In this document: positions 9,401 to 17,259 of the stretch, piece by piece | Layout of the letters: the number at the start of each line of letters is the position of its first letter | Position numbering within the stretch: position 1 is the first letter of the stretch | Source of the DNA: an uncultured Methanomicrobiales archaeon | GTDB taxonomy: Archaea; Halobacteriota; Methanomicrobia; Methanomicrobiales; JACTUA01 | Direction: 5' to 3' | DNA length: 64,000 nucleotides | Assembly (NCBI GenBank): GCA_964551875.1 | Contig: CAZKEV010000007.1 | Coordinates: forward strand, 2,455-66,454 | Program-made: the position numbers and the translations under genes | The notes under the pieces: generated by a model | The model's database searches: none | Seen by the model: the letters and a program-made list of their open reading frames with translations, nothing else | What the model was told of the DNA's origin: nothing

Positions 9401-10000
9401 GGTCCTGACCTTCTGGTTGCCATTGGTGGTCAGGGCGGAATCCTGGAGGGACCATGGCGGACTTGCGCCCAGCACCAGGTTGACATTCGGGATAAGGTTG
9501 GGTGGCTGAGCCCCGTCCCCGACGCCGATGGTGAGGGTCGCATTGTCTGTCCCGTCCGCAATGACCCAGTCTTTGGTGCTTTTTATGACCACGTTCTGGG
9601 GATAATTGGAAATGGACGCCTGGATATAGATGGGGTAGGCCGTGAGGACATTTCCGTTGGCATCCACCGGGTAATAGGTGCCATACAATGCATTGACCGC
9701 GTCTGAATCGACCTTAAAATTATTGGAATGCTTGACATCGATTTGGGCGGTCTGCGCGAGGCCCGGGTCGTCATTCTCGAACTTGCGGAGAGCGATGACC
9801 GTGCCCGATGCATAGGGGGTGAGGGGGGTGAGGTTGAGCCCGGTCTCTCCGATGAAGATGGTGTCGCCGACGCAGACGTCCCTGAGGGTCCCGGGATAGA
9901 TGCCGGATGTGGTGTTGCCCCTCGCTGCCGCAGGGTTTGCTAGCAGTAGAGCGAGGACGACAAAAAGCGATAGTTTGAAGATTACGCAATGCCACCTCAT
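6470..10000 (-). CDS. Secreted Ig-like repeat + vWA adhesin, paralog 2, with an N-terminal S-layer-type (DUF3821-like) domain
   Basis: Signal peptide MRWHCVIFKLSLFVVLALLLANPAAA, then a GDTIFIGETGLNL module and the same Ig/vWA architecture as paralog 1 (DRSAT, GGTPM, LTDGN). Alternative GTG start at 10018. Confidence 0.87.
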   Translation of the reverse strand: MRWHCVIFKLSLFVVLALLLANPAAARGNTTSGIYPGTLRDVCVGDTIFIGETGLNLTPLTPYASGTVIALRKFENDDPGLAQTAQIDVKHSNNFKVDSDAVNALYGTYYPVDANGNVLTAYPIYIQASISNYPQNVVIKSTKDWVIADGTDNATLTIGVGDGAQPPNLIPNVNLVLGASPPWSLQDSALTTNGNQKVRTLLLPTTKSGSAIITATATVPGVTTAPVTASFVQKIDAGPASTAITLYPQTATVGSPIRISVLVEDRYGNPVTSRRAVTNVSFFTAASGTGVFPDGMGNRLKAISVPLNETGWAEVTYLMATKQGDNFVYITPPAPLSSSLIDIKGIGDSKPFSISQSVNPAGDPPFIPADSSSQATIDYYLFDQWGNPSTDQGIQIVTSAGENRIFFTNQEGRATILYGPKLTAGFYSITATAVMNSSVRIFQTLQFGSLDPDNMLLTASPQTMASLDVNPSMVGQVIAKVIDEKGNPVKGQSVSFWIGKSDNSTYIQTKDPVIGSRGVTTSNISDPLSVNTDENGQAILDYYPGAFPVYPNADWSATAQGTTTVNASWEGPAGTVDRFIDLSYKNYPFLSVYTEVNPKTVQTGELVDVSVRLKGDGWALQPKPIDVVLCTDRSATMLYNESVIPFPTGKLVVESLDDRMVDAMNAANTFVGQTSGQDRIGLVTFGAPSGGIAILYNTSVNPGNNSNWWKNKDKLAFRAGKDYTCNKGKDCQDPSNQDSTDDKAYVDAHYPGHWPAGKDYHGMAISVDSPLTPDKSQVRTAINSTVPAGGTPMREAIYESVKQLINNRRDGAVQAIILLTDGNWDMGGDPQGIYADCSITTGRPLFCHAEPYRNPDGSSAIGPGGHDGPGTGSVITWAKDNGIKIFTIALGSELNKDELRAYATETGGKYNETASSSQLGSIYMEIAGELKEEASVDTQVSLDFTNMEVNGTYTLPGNTVFKYEFLPPKRSTLIAFIAPNSPALTSVVNSTTDWANGQFNFSAGIIKVNQEWVVNFTLRALTEGNIRVLSSKKSSKITFKGTEGEVGIPDTYITAIPPGTEKGPEGIVFEIENLNRTNPDDTEIAHLEWEPKYNGFDNWIDWTISLAPRPSDSFGLVDNFNEKRGWSPFYNLNIGDLKPGPYRVKVRGHVNDATDAVGYVDIVIPGPATAPQILIQ

Positions 10001-10019
10001 TGCATCGCCACACCACACA

Positions 10020-10180
10020 TTGCAAAATATGTTTATGTATTAGTATATAAAACTACCGATATATCGCTACCATAAAATAACACTAAAAAAATAATAATAG
10101 ATATTATAGAGGCTTAAATGCAAATTGATAAGCATCTATGCTTAATCTGAAAAAGCATAAAGATTTATAAGCATTCGCGC
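10020..10180 (-). promoter_or_regulatory. AT-rich promoter region of adhesin 2
   Basis: TTTATATA on the minus strand at ~10044-10051. Palindrome CGATATATCG at 10057-10066. Confidence 0.7.
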
Positions 10181-10415
10181 ATATTACGTCCTCCCCACCT
10201 TTTTCGGAGAATCTCCCGGGATCGCATTCGTGAGCCTGAAATTCTCCTGTACCGTCGGAGGATGGCGAGAAGGGGCCAGCTCCATGGTAATAACTATTCA
10301 TTTCCATACAGGTGCTGTACAGGAGAAGAGCTTTCACGGGCAGCTATGCATTGCTGCGGTTTTTCGGGCCCCTGGCAACTGCTCACCGTGCCGGGAGAAA
10401 AGGGGGATGCCCGGG

Positions 10416-11372
10416 TCAACCTGCATTCTCCATCTTCGAGAACTGGATGTTGCCTGCGCCAATCTCGGTCCTGATGTGGTATCCCTCTTCAACCCCGTGA
10501 CCGACCATATTCATCCCGCTGTAGGAGATGATGGAGATATGATGCGGGGAATGCGGGGTGTTGAAGACCTGTGTCCCCAGGGCAACCGGGGGGGTGAACC
10601 CCCACTGGCCCATCTGCGCGAGGAGCTCCCTGACACGGTCCAGCGCCGGGACGGGAACCTCGCGGACATTCGCGAGGGCAACACCGGTTCCGGATGCCAC
10701 GACCTCCCGGATGGAGGTCAGGCCGGCAGAGATGAAGAGCTGGAGGGGATCGATAGTTGTCCCGCGATAGCCGATGAGGTCGAGGAACCCCTTCACCACC
10801 TTACCCTCGAGGGCAAGCCTGCCACCATAGGCCATGGTCACGGGAATCCCGGCTCGCTGGAGCACACCATCGATGGTGATGCTGCAGAGGGAGAGGATCC
10901 CAACCTGTCCTTCGGGGATCCGGGGATCCCTGTCCAGGATCCTGTAGGATGAGAAGAAACCATACCCGGCCCTTGATACCTCCTCAAAGGACCGGGCAAC
11001 ACCGGGCGCTTCATCCTCGGGAACAAGGGAGAGGTTGTAGGCCACCTCGCCGGTTCCATTTACCGGATCGAAGGTACTCCGGAAGGCGAGCCTCTCCAGT
11101 TTGGAGATGATGAACCCGATCCGCTCCCCTACGAGGGCACTCTCGGTCTCGGTCATCCCCTCCCTGGTCAGGATGCGACCGGTGTTCCCGACCTTCCGGG
11201 TGAACCCCATCTCATCAAGATAGCGCAGGTAATACTGTACCGCCCGGTCGGTGAGGACAAAGCCCCGTTCTGCCAGAGTCTCCGAGAGCCTCTTCGCTCC
11301 CACGGGTTCCTGGTGCTCTTTCAGGATTCTCAGGATCTCCAGGTACTTCCGTTCGCTCGGTATAAGCATCAT
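10416..11372 (-). CDS. nrpR: NrpR-family (DUF128) transcriptional regulator, winged HTH plus one NRD domain
   Basis: MMLIPSERKYLEILRIL...RAVQYYLRYLDEMGFT HTH and the ICSITIDGVL/GTTIDP NRD motifs. The ATG overlaps the dcd stop (ATGA). Confidence 0.82.
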   Translation of the reverse strand: MMLIPSERKYLEILRILKEHQEPVGAKRLSETLAERGFVLTDRAVQYYLRYLDEMGFTRKVGNTGRILTREGMTETESALVGERIGFIISKLERLAFRSTFDPVNGTGEVAYNLSLVPEDEAPGVARSFEEVSRAGYGFFSSYRILDRDPRIPEGQVGILSLCSITIDGVLQRAGIPVTMAYGGRLALEGKVVKGFLDLIGYRGTTIDPLQLFISAGLTSIREVVASGTGVALANVREVPVPALDRVRELLAQMGQWGFTPPVALGTQVFNTPHSPHHISIISYSGMNMVGHGVEEGYHIRTEIGAGNIQFSKMENAG

Positions 11373-11800
11373 CGCGCCTTCACAACCCCCTGGCTGTCCT
11401 GATACCGGCCCTCGTAGAGCTCGGTAGTCCCGCCCTGGACCTGGTGGAGGATCATCTGGACCACCCGTTCCGAAGGGGAGAGCACGATATCCTCGGCGCC
11501 CAGATTCCCGAGGCAGAGGGTGAGCTGCCCCCGGAATCCCGGGTCCACGAACCCGCCCCCGAGGATGAGGCCCCTTCGTGCATACGAGGAACGGCACCTG
11601 AGGGTTGCTGCAAGGTCGGCTGGCAATTCCACCCACTCGAGGCTATGGACAAGGGTACACATCCCCCGTGCAAGGATCTGGTGACCGGTCACCCTGAGAT
11701 CATAGGATGCCGGCTGCTGGCAGACGTCGCTGTAAGGACGTATCACAAGACCGCCTGTCTCACCACGTCTTCGGCATATCTCGGTTGCTGAGAGGATCAT
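11369..11800 (-). CDS. dcd: dCTP deaminase
   Basis: QPASYDLR, RSSYARRGL, GFVDPGFRGQLTL and YEGRYQ motifs. Confidence 0.88.
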   Translation of the reverse strand: MILSATEICRRRGETGGLVIRPYSDVCQQPASYDLRVTGHQILARGMCTLVHSLEWVELPADLAATLRCRSSYARRGLILGGGFVDPGFRGQLTLCLGNLGAEDIVLSPSERVVQMILHQVQGGTTELYEGRYQDSQGVVKAR

Positions 11801-11917
11801 CCTATCACGTACTTGGGGGTTGTCGCCTTTTAAAGTTTGGATGATCCGTCGGTACGGATGATGGGGATGGATTTTTTGGGGAATGGTTAATACGGGTCAG
11901 AAAGAAACAAGGGAACT

Positions 11918-12009
11918 GGACCCATGGGGTAGAGGATATCCTCTTGGGCTTCGGATTCCGGTTCGGAAGAAGAGACCCAAGGACGCGGGTTCGATTCCCG
12001 CTGGGTCCG
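11918..12009 (+). tRNA. tRNA-Arg(TCG) with a 20-nt intron at position 37/38 (11955-11974)
   Basis: Acceptor GGACCCA/TGGGTCC, anticodon stem TTGGG/CCCAA, T arm GCGGG-TTCGATT-CCCGC. The intron forms a complete bulge-helix-bulge. A T-run terminator follows. Confidence 0.92.
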
Positions 12010-12094
12010 TCCTTTTTTCGGAAACAGCACCCCGATCCGGCATCCCCCGAAAAGAACACAATTTCCTGAATCGCCTTCAATCGAAAAAAAGGGA

Positions 12095-15000
12095 TCAGAG
12101 AATCTTGATCTTCGGCGTCCTCTCTGCCTTGTAGATGACGAACTGGGTCACCCCCGCATCACTCCCGGCATCGGCAGCATAGGCGGTGATCCTGACATTC
12201 CAGGTGCCCGAGGGAAGGCTGGAGATGTCCAGGGTCGCCGTATCGTTCATAGTGCTCCGATCAACCTGGGGCTTCGTGAGACGGGTACTCCAGTCGGTCG
12301 TGCCCTCCTGCAGGAGTTCGATTTTTTCTCCGAAGTAGGGTTCAAGGCCCGTATACGTGAGGTTCCAGGCAATGTCTATGTAGTCCGGATTTGTTCCTGC
12401 ATCTGTCCTGTGCACATCCTTGACCCAGATCCCGATACCCTGGGGGCCGGCGGATGAGTTGTCCGGGCGGGCGGTGATGTAGGTGTCCGGGAGCGGGAGC
12501 TCGGAGCCGTCGTTGAACTTGATGGTGGAGTTCGAGTCAAGGATCTTGATGTTCCCGTCCCTGATGATCTTCATCGAGAAGTTGGCCTCCCAGACGCCGC
12601 CGATGAAAATGGTCCCGACATCGAAGTGGAGGCTCTGGTCGGCATCCCAGTCCGCGGTCTGGTCAAAGAACCGGTTGACAATGACAGCCATGGTCTTGTT
12701 GTAGCTGAACTCGTGGGTCGAGATCGGGGGGATGCAGACATACTTGAGGGCATCGAGGCCGGGGATGAGCGCCCCGTTCACCTCGACGTCGTGGAAGGCA
12801 AGATCCATGGTGGTGCCGACCCCTGCCTCGGTGTGGAGTTCGCCGGCGATGGCGCTATAAATGCCATTGAGATCCTCGCCTGAACTCGCCTCATATGCCG
12901 TTCCCCCGGTCTCGTTCGCATAGGCCCAGAGCTGGTCCTTGTAGGGCTCAGACCCGAGGGCGATGGTGAAGATCTTAATCTTGTTGTCCTTCGCCCAGGT
13001 GATGACACTCCCGGTCCCGATCTCCGTGTAGGGATCTGCGCCGGATCCGCCCCGCGGGTCTCCGCCCGTGTTCCACGCACCGTCGGTCAGGAGGACGATG
13101 GCCTTCACCGAGTCGTCCCGCTTGTGGGCGAGAGTCTCGGGGTCGTTGATGATCTGCTTCACCGACTCGTAGAGGCCGCGGCGCATCGGCGTGCCCCCGT
13201 TCGGGACCATCTGGGAGATGATGTTCTTCACCGTCGACTTGTCGTAGGCGAGACCCAGGTCAACCGTCGCCATCGCCGATCCGTAGAACTTCCCGGTTGC
13301 ACCGTGGCCCTCGTAGTTGGTCGTGACATAATTGATGTCATCGGTGTAATAGGAGGCCCCGTTCCCCCGGTAGTTGATGGTATAGTCCCTGCCGGCACGC
13401 CAGCGGTACCCGTAGATATATGGCGCGGTTGTGGAGTTTCCTGTGTCATAGAGGATCGCCCAGCCATTCGTGCCGCTCAGGTCACCAAATGAGACAAGCC
13501 CGATCCGGTCCGTGTTGTTCATCTGGTCCACGAATACCTTTCCTGCATCCATTGCGTGGACCATCCGGTCGTTCGGGGATTCTGATGTGATCCTGTCCGG
13601 ACTGTAAGACGTGTCAAGGGTCTCGTTGTAGAGCATGGATCCCGACCGGTCCGTGAGCAGCACCACATCAATGGGGGCCTGCTGGAGGGCCCACCCGTCA
13701 CCCTTGAGACGGATGGTGATATTCACCGTATCGTTCACCTCGAGGGTCTTTGGCTCGGCGAAGGCGTCAACGGAGAGGAACGGGTAGTTCTTGTACTGGA
13801 GTTCGATGGTGTGGGTGATGGATCTCCAGGTGGCCTGGACAATGGCGCTCCCTTCCGCGGTGTAGCTGTACATCGGGTCATTCCGGTCATTGGTGAATGA
13901 CCCGGGCCTGAAGGTAACGTCTGCGTATCCGTCCGCGTTCGTGGAGGCGGTGATCACCTCGCGGGGGATATCGGTTATGACGGTCGTGTTCTCGATGGAA
14001 GGGGCGCTCGTCTGGTTGTAGGCACCGAAATTGTAGGACCAGATGGTGAAGGTGACGAGCTCACCATCCACCGGGTTCCCCTTGGCATCGATGACCTTGG
14101 CAAAGAGAGTGGAGGTCATGGATGCCTTCACGTCACGGGAGGGCATCGTCTGGGGGCTCGCCGTGAGGAGCATGGTGGTCGGATCTGCGGCGATGAACTC
14201 CACGGTCTGGGAGGCTGTGATGCTCGTGTTATCAACTACGGTGGCTGTGAGAGTATAGAGGCCGGCTGCATCCTTCTGGTAATAAAACGCGATAACCCCG
14301 TTGCTGTTCGTGGTGAGGGTGGTCTCTTCGCCGGGGATGTTCGTTGTTATAAGGATGCCACGGTTCCCTGAAGGGTTCCCGTACTGGTCAAGGAGGGTGT
14401 ACACGATCCGGAACTTGCTCCCGTCTGTCCTGGTATAGGGGTAAGGATACCCACCGGGTGAGACTGCCTGGGTGATGGCGTAAGGGGAGCCATCGTTGAT
14501 ACCGATAATGGTGACCAGCCGGTGGGAGATGGGTGTGGGGGGCTGGATGTCCACGAAGTTGACACCTGCCTTGGTAACAAGAAAGGTCACCCGGGCAACT
14601 CCATCGGAGTCAACGGGAACGGAGAGCATCTTTACATAGGAACTGCCGTCCCAGAAGCTAGAATCGGTGGATCCGGAGGCTGCGAACTGGACCGTCTCGA
14701 TCGCATTCCGGTTGTCCACCGGGTTCCCGTACGCATCCGTCACCTTCACCTCAATGGAGGTAGTTCCTCCTATCGATACATTGAGGTCATAGGTAGGTAC
14801 TGCCTTCTGGGGAGTGCTGTGGTCAATATTTTGCGTGTAATTCTGCTCAATGGAGTGAAGTACACCAGCTTCAAAAACCGATGCATTGACAGTGATAACC
14901 GCGGCCCCGCTCCGGGTGGTCGGCTGGAGGACCGTGGTTATCCTGCCAAACGCATCTGTTACCCCGTTCATCGTCGAGAGGGTCCAGGGGGGTGTCCCAT

Positions 15001-15199
15001 TGAAGGTCACTGTGGCAACAGGAACAGGATCTCCGGCCATATCATAGACCGTCACCGTGATGGTTGACGTGTCCATCCCGTTCGCGACCATCCAGTCCTT
15101 GGCCGAGATGGTCATATGGTCCGGGGCGGCCTGAGCATCAGCCACGGCTGAGAACGTGCATACGAGGATGATCAGGAGTGCTGCGATGAATAACCTCAT
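12095..15199 (-). CDS. Secreted Ig-like repeat + vWA adhesin, paralog 3
   Basis: Signal peptide MRLFIAALLIILVCTFSAVADA after a GAGGTG RBS, Ig repeats, and MIDAS DRSGS...GGTPM...LTDGA. Confidence 0.88.
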   Translation of the reverse strand: MRLFIAALLIILVCTFSAVADAQAAPDHMTISAKDWMVANGMDTSTITVTVYDMAGDPVPVATVTFNGTPPWTLSTMNGVTDAFGRITTVLQPTTRSGAAVITVNASVFEAGVLHSIEQNYTQNIDHSTPQKAVPTYDLNVSIGGTTSIEVKVTDAYGNPVDNRNAIETVQFAASGSTDSSFWDGSSYVKMLSVPVDSDGVARVTFLVTKAGVNFVDIQPPTPISHRLVTIIGINDGSPYAITQAVSPGGYPYPYTRTDGSKFRIVYTLLDQYGNPSGNRGILITTNIPGEETTLTTNSNGVIAFYYQKDAAGLYTLTATVVDNTSITASQTVEFIAADPTTMLLTASPQTMPSRDVKASMTSTLFAKVIDAKGNPVDGELVTFTIWSYNFGAYNQTSAPSIENTTVITDIPREVITASTNADGYADVTFRPGSFTNDRNDPMYSYTAEGSAIVQATWRSITHTIELQYKNYPFLSVDAFAEPKTLEVNDTVNITIRLKGDGWALQQAPIDVVLLTDRSGSMLYNETLDTSYSPDRITSESPNDRMVHAMDAGKVFVDQMNNTDRIGLVSFGDLSGTNGWAILYDTGNSTTAPYIYGYRWRAGRDYTINYRGNGASYYTDDINYVTTNYEGHGATGKFYGSAMATVDLGLAYDKSTVKNIISQMVPNGGTPMRRGLYESVKQIINDPETLAHKRDDSVKAIVLLTDGAWNTGGDPRGGSGADPYTEIGTGSVITWAKDNKIKIFTIALGSEPYKDQLWAYANETGGTAYEASSGEDLNGIYSAIAGELHTEAGVGTTMDLAFHDVEVNGALIPGLDALKYVCIPPISTHEFSYNKTMAVIVNRFFDQTADWDADQSLHFDVGTIFIGGVWEANFSMKIIRDGNIKILDSNSTIKFNDGSELPLPDTYITARPDNSSAGPQGIGIWVKDVHRTDAGTNPDYIDIAWNLTYTGLEPYFGEKIELLQEGTTDWSTRLTKPQVDRSTMNDTATLDISSLPSGTWNVRITAYAADAGSDAGVTQFVIYKAERTPKIKIL

Positions 15200-15209
15200 T
15201 TCACCCACC

Positions 15210-15380
15210 TCACAGATGCATAATATTAAATGTAATATTACTTAATGATTTCTAATAACAGATAACGATTTTAATTGGCTTCTTTATTAAAGCAATAAAT
15301 AATCAAAGTTATAGTAGTATTTTTAATCAAATTCCTCTCATTTGAGTATATTATATATTTAAGTATTATGAATTCTCATA
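15210..15380 (-). promoter_or_regulatory. AT-rich promoter region of adhesin 3
   Basis: About 170 bp of very AT-rich DNA, with TAATATTA at 15221-15228 and again at 15233-15240. Confidence 0.65.
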
Positions 15381-15502
15381 AAAGGGACCCGCCGGGAACA
15401 TCCCCTGGATCCGGCCCGCTGGGCTGGGACGGACGGTCGGCCAGGCACCGTGAGCTAAGAGGGGATCTTCCGCTCCTCAGGCACATCCGGAGAGGCGGGC
15501 AA

Positions 15503-17026
15503 TCATACCCAGTGGACAGGTGAGATATGGTCGAGGAGCATCCCCTCAACGAGCACCGGCATGAGCTGCCTGCCGATCTCCACAGCTTTCTGGAGCCGCC
15601 AGCTCCGATCTGCATGGATGGTGATGATGGGCTCCCCCTGCTTCACCTTCGTCCCCTTCTTTGCATGAATGATGAGACCTGCACCACGGTCATGGGGAGC
15701 GCCGGCTGCCCGGGCCACGGTGATGAGCGAGCGGTTGTTCAGCTCGACGACGTACCCATCAAGGGGGGCATTTACCACGAAGCGGTGCTCACCCGGGACG
15801 ATATCACGGGCATGGACATCCCGATTCCCGCCCTGGATCTCGATGATCTGGCGGAGCTTAGCGAGCGCCTTCCCGCTTGAGAGGATCCCCTCTGCAATCG
15901 CGTACCCCTGCCCGCGGGCGGCCTTCCCTGCCATCTCGAGGGCGATCCCCGAGAGGGCGAGGCTCTTCTGGATGAGGGATCCGGGGGCCTGTGCCCCCTC
16001 GAGGACCGAGAGGGCCTCGTTCACCTCGAGGTTCGGGCCGATGGCACGGCCGACGAGGGACTCGCCATAGGTGAGGGCGCACTCCACATGGATGTTCAGC
16101 CTCTCGCCGAGCTCCATGAACTGGCTGGCAAGCCTCCTCCCGTCCTGTACCGTCGGGACTTTTGTCCCGCTCCCCACCGGGATATCGATCACCACGAGAT
16201 CGGCCCCCACCGCAGACTTCTTTGCCATCACGCTTGCGAGCATCTGTCCGGTGGCATCGATCCGGAAGGGGTACTCCACCATGATGAACCTGTCGTCGGC
16301 AGGGGCAATATTGGTCGCGCCTCCCCAGACGATGGTTCCCCCCACCTTCTCTGTCATCCTCTTCACTTCTCCCGAGCTGAACTCGACCGGTGCGAGGACC
16401 TCCATCAGGTCCGCGGTCCCCCCAGCCCCCGTGATGGCCCGGGAACTGGTCTTCGGGATCCTGAGGCCGCTTGCAGCGATGATCGGGACCACGATGAGGG
16501 AGATCTTGTTCCCCGGAACTCCGCCGATGGAATGTTTGTCGACGATGGGGTGGGTTGCGAACTGGATCCGGTCACCCGTCTCCACCATGGAACGGGTGAG
16601 GTGCTCCACCTCGTTCATGTCCAGGCCATGGATATAGGAGGCGGTGACAAAGGCGGTCATCTCGACGGGAGAGAGGTTCTCGGCCACGGTATCCTTCACG
16701 ATGGCAAGCATCTCATCCTTGGAAAGGGGCTGACCATCCATCTTCTTCTTGATATAGTCGATGGACGCAAGCCTCTCCGTCTCCCTGACGTCGGCGGTCG
16801 CCCCTTCCTGGAAGCCCAGCCGCCCGTTCGTCTTCCTGTACACGCCGATGCTTCCCGGCGGAAGGAAGGAGGAGGTGATGTTCACGATGGCGGAGACCGA
16901 TTCGCTGTTCGCATCGTTTAAAACCCTGACCCGGTCCCCCTCGAGGACACCGATCGTCCAGGCATCCGTGTGGTGGAGGAGCACCCCCTGGGCCGCGATA
17001 TCCATGACCTTGACCGTGAGCTTCAT
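15503..17026 (-). CDS. AMP (nucleoside 5'-monophosphate) phosphorylase, thymidine phosphorylase family
   Basis: [27 protein letters not shown] and SVMAKK motifs, with the N-terminal extra domain of archaeal AMPpase. Confidence 0.92.
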   Translation of the reverse strand: MKLTVKVMDIAAQGVLLHHTDAWTIGVLEGDRVRVLNDANSESVSAIVNITSSFLPPGSIGVYRKTNGRLGFQEGATADVRETERLASIDYIKKKMDGQPLSKDEMLAIVKDTVAENLSPVEMTAFVTASYIHGLDMNEVEHLTRSMVETGDRIQFATHPIVDKHSIGGVPGNKISLIVVPIIAASGLRIPKTSSRAITGAGGTADLMEVLAPVEFSSGEVKRMTEKVGGTIVWGGATNIAPADDRFIMVEYPFRIDATGQMLASVMAKKSAVGADLVVIDIPVGSGTKVPTVQDGRRLASQFMELGERLNIHVECALTYGESLVGRAIGPNLEVNEALSVLEGAQAPGSLIQKSLALSGIALEMAGKAARGQGYAIAEGILSSGKALAKLRQIIEIQGGNRDVHARDIVPGEHRFVVNAPLDGYVVELNNRSLITVARAAGAPHDRGAGLIIHAKKGTKVKQGEPIITIHADRSWRLQKAVEIGRQLMPVLVEGMLLDHISPVHWV

Positions 17027-17259
17027 CGGTGACAGATCCCTCCCTTCACGTACCCTTTGGCCCTCATCTCATAGAAACTTGGCGGCCGGCCTTCTTTTCA
17101 CCATGGGCATGGGGTCGTCATGGAGGCAGCACGCTGGAGTTTCAACGGCCAACGGGATCCAGGAATGATCGGCGGGATGTGAATCAGGACACGGCAAAAT
17201 ACTAAAAAACCATGCGTTAAGGCAGGAAAACAGAAAACTGCAGAAAAAAAGGTGTAGGG

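Noticed and set aside
11373-11636. N-terminal extensions given by the ORF track (nrpR; likewise sucC, korC, hemD, nadC, cbf5, gatE)
   Set aside because: They overlap upstream genes. Internal starts with ATGA/GTGA coupling or family-typical N-termini fit better.
11918-15380. Genomic island integrated at tRNA-Arg carrying adhesin 3
   Set aside because: No integrase, and no duplicated tRNA 3' end (att site) was found by eye in the window.
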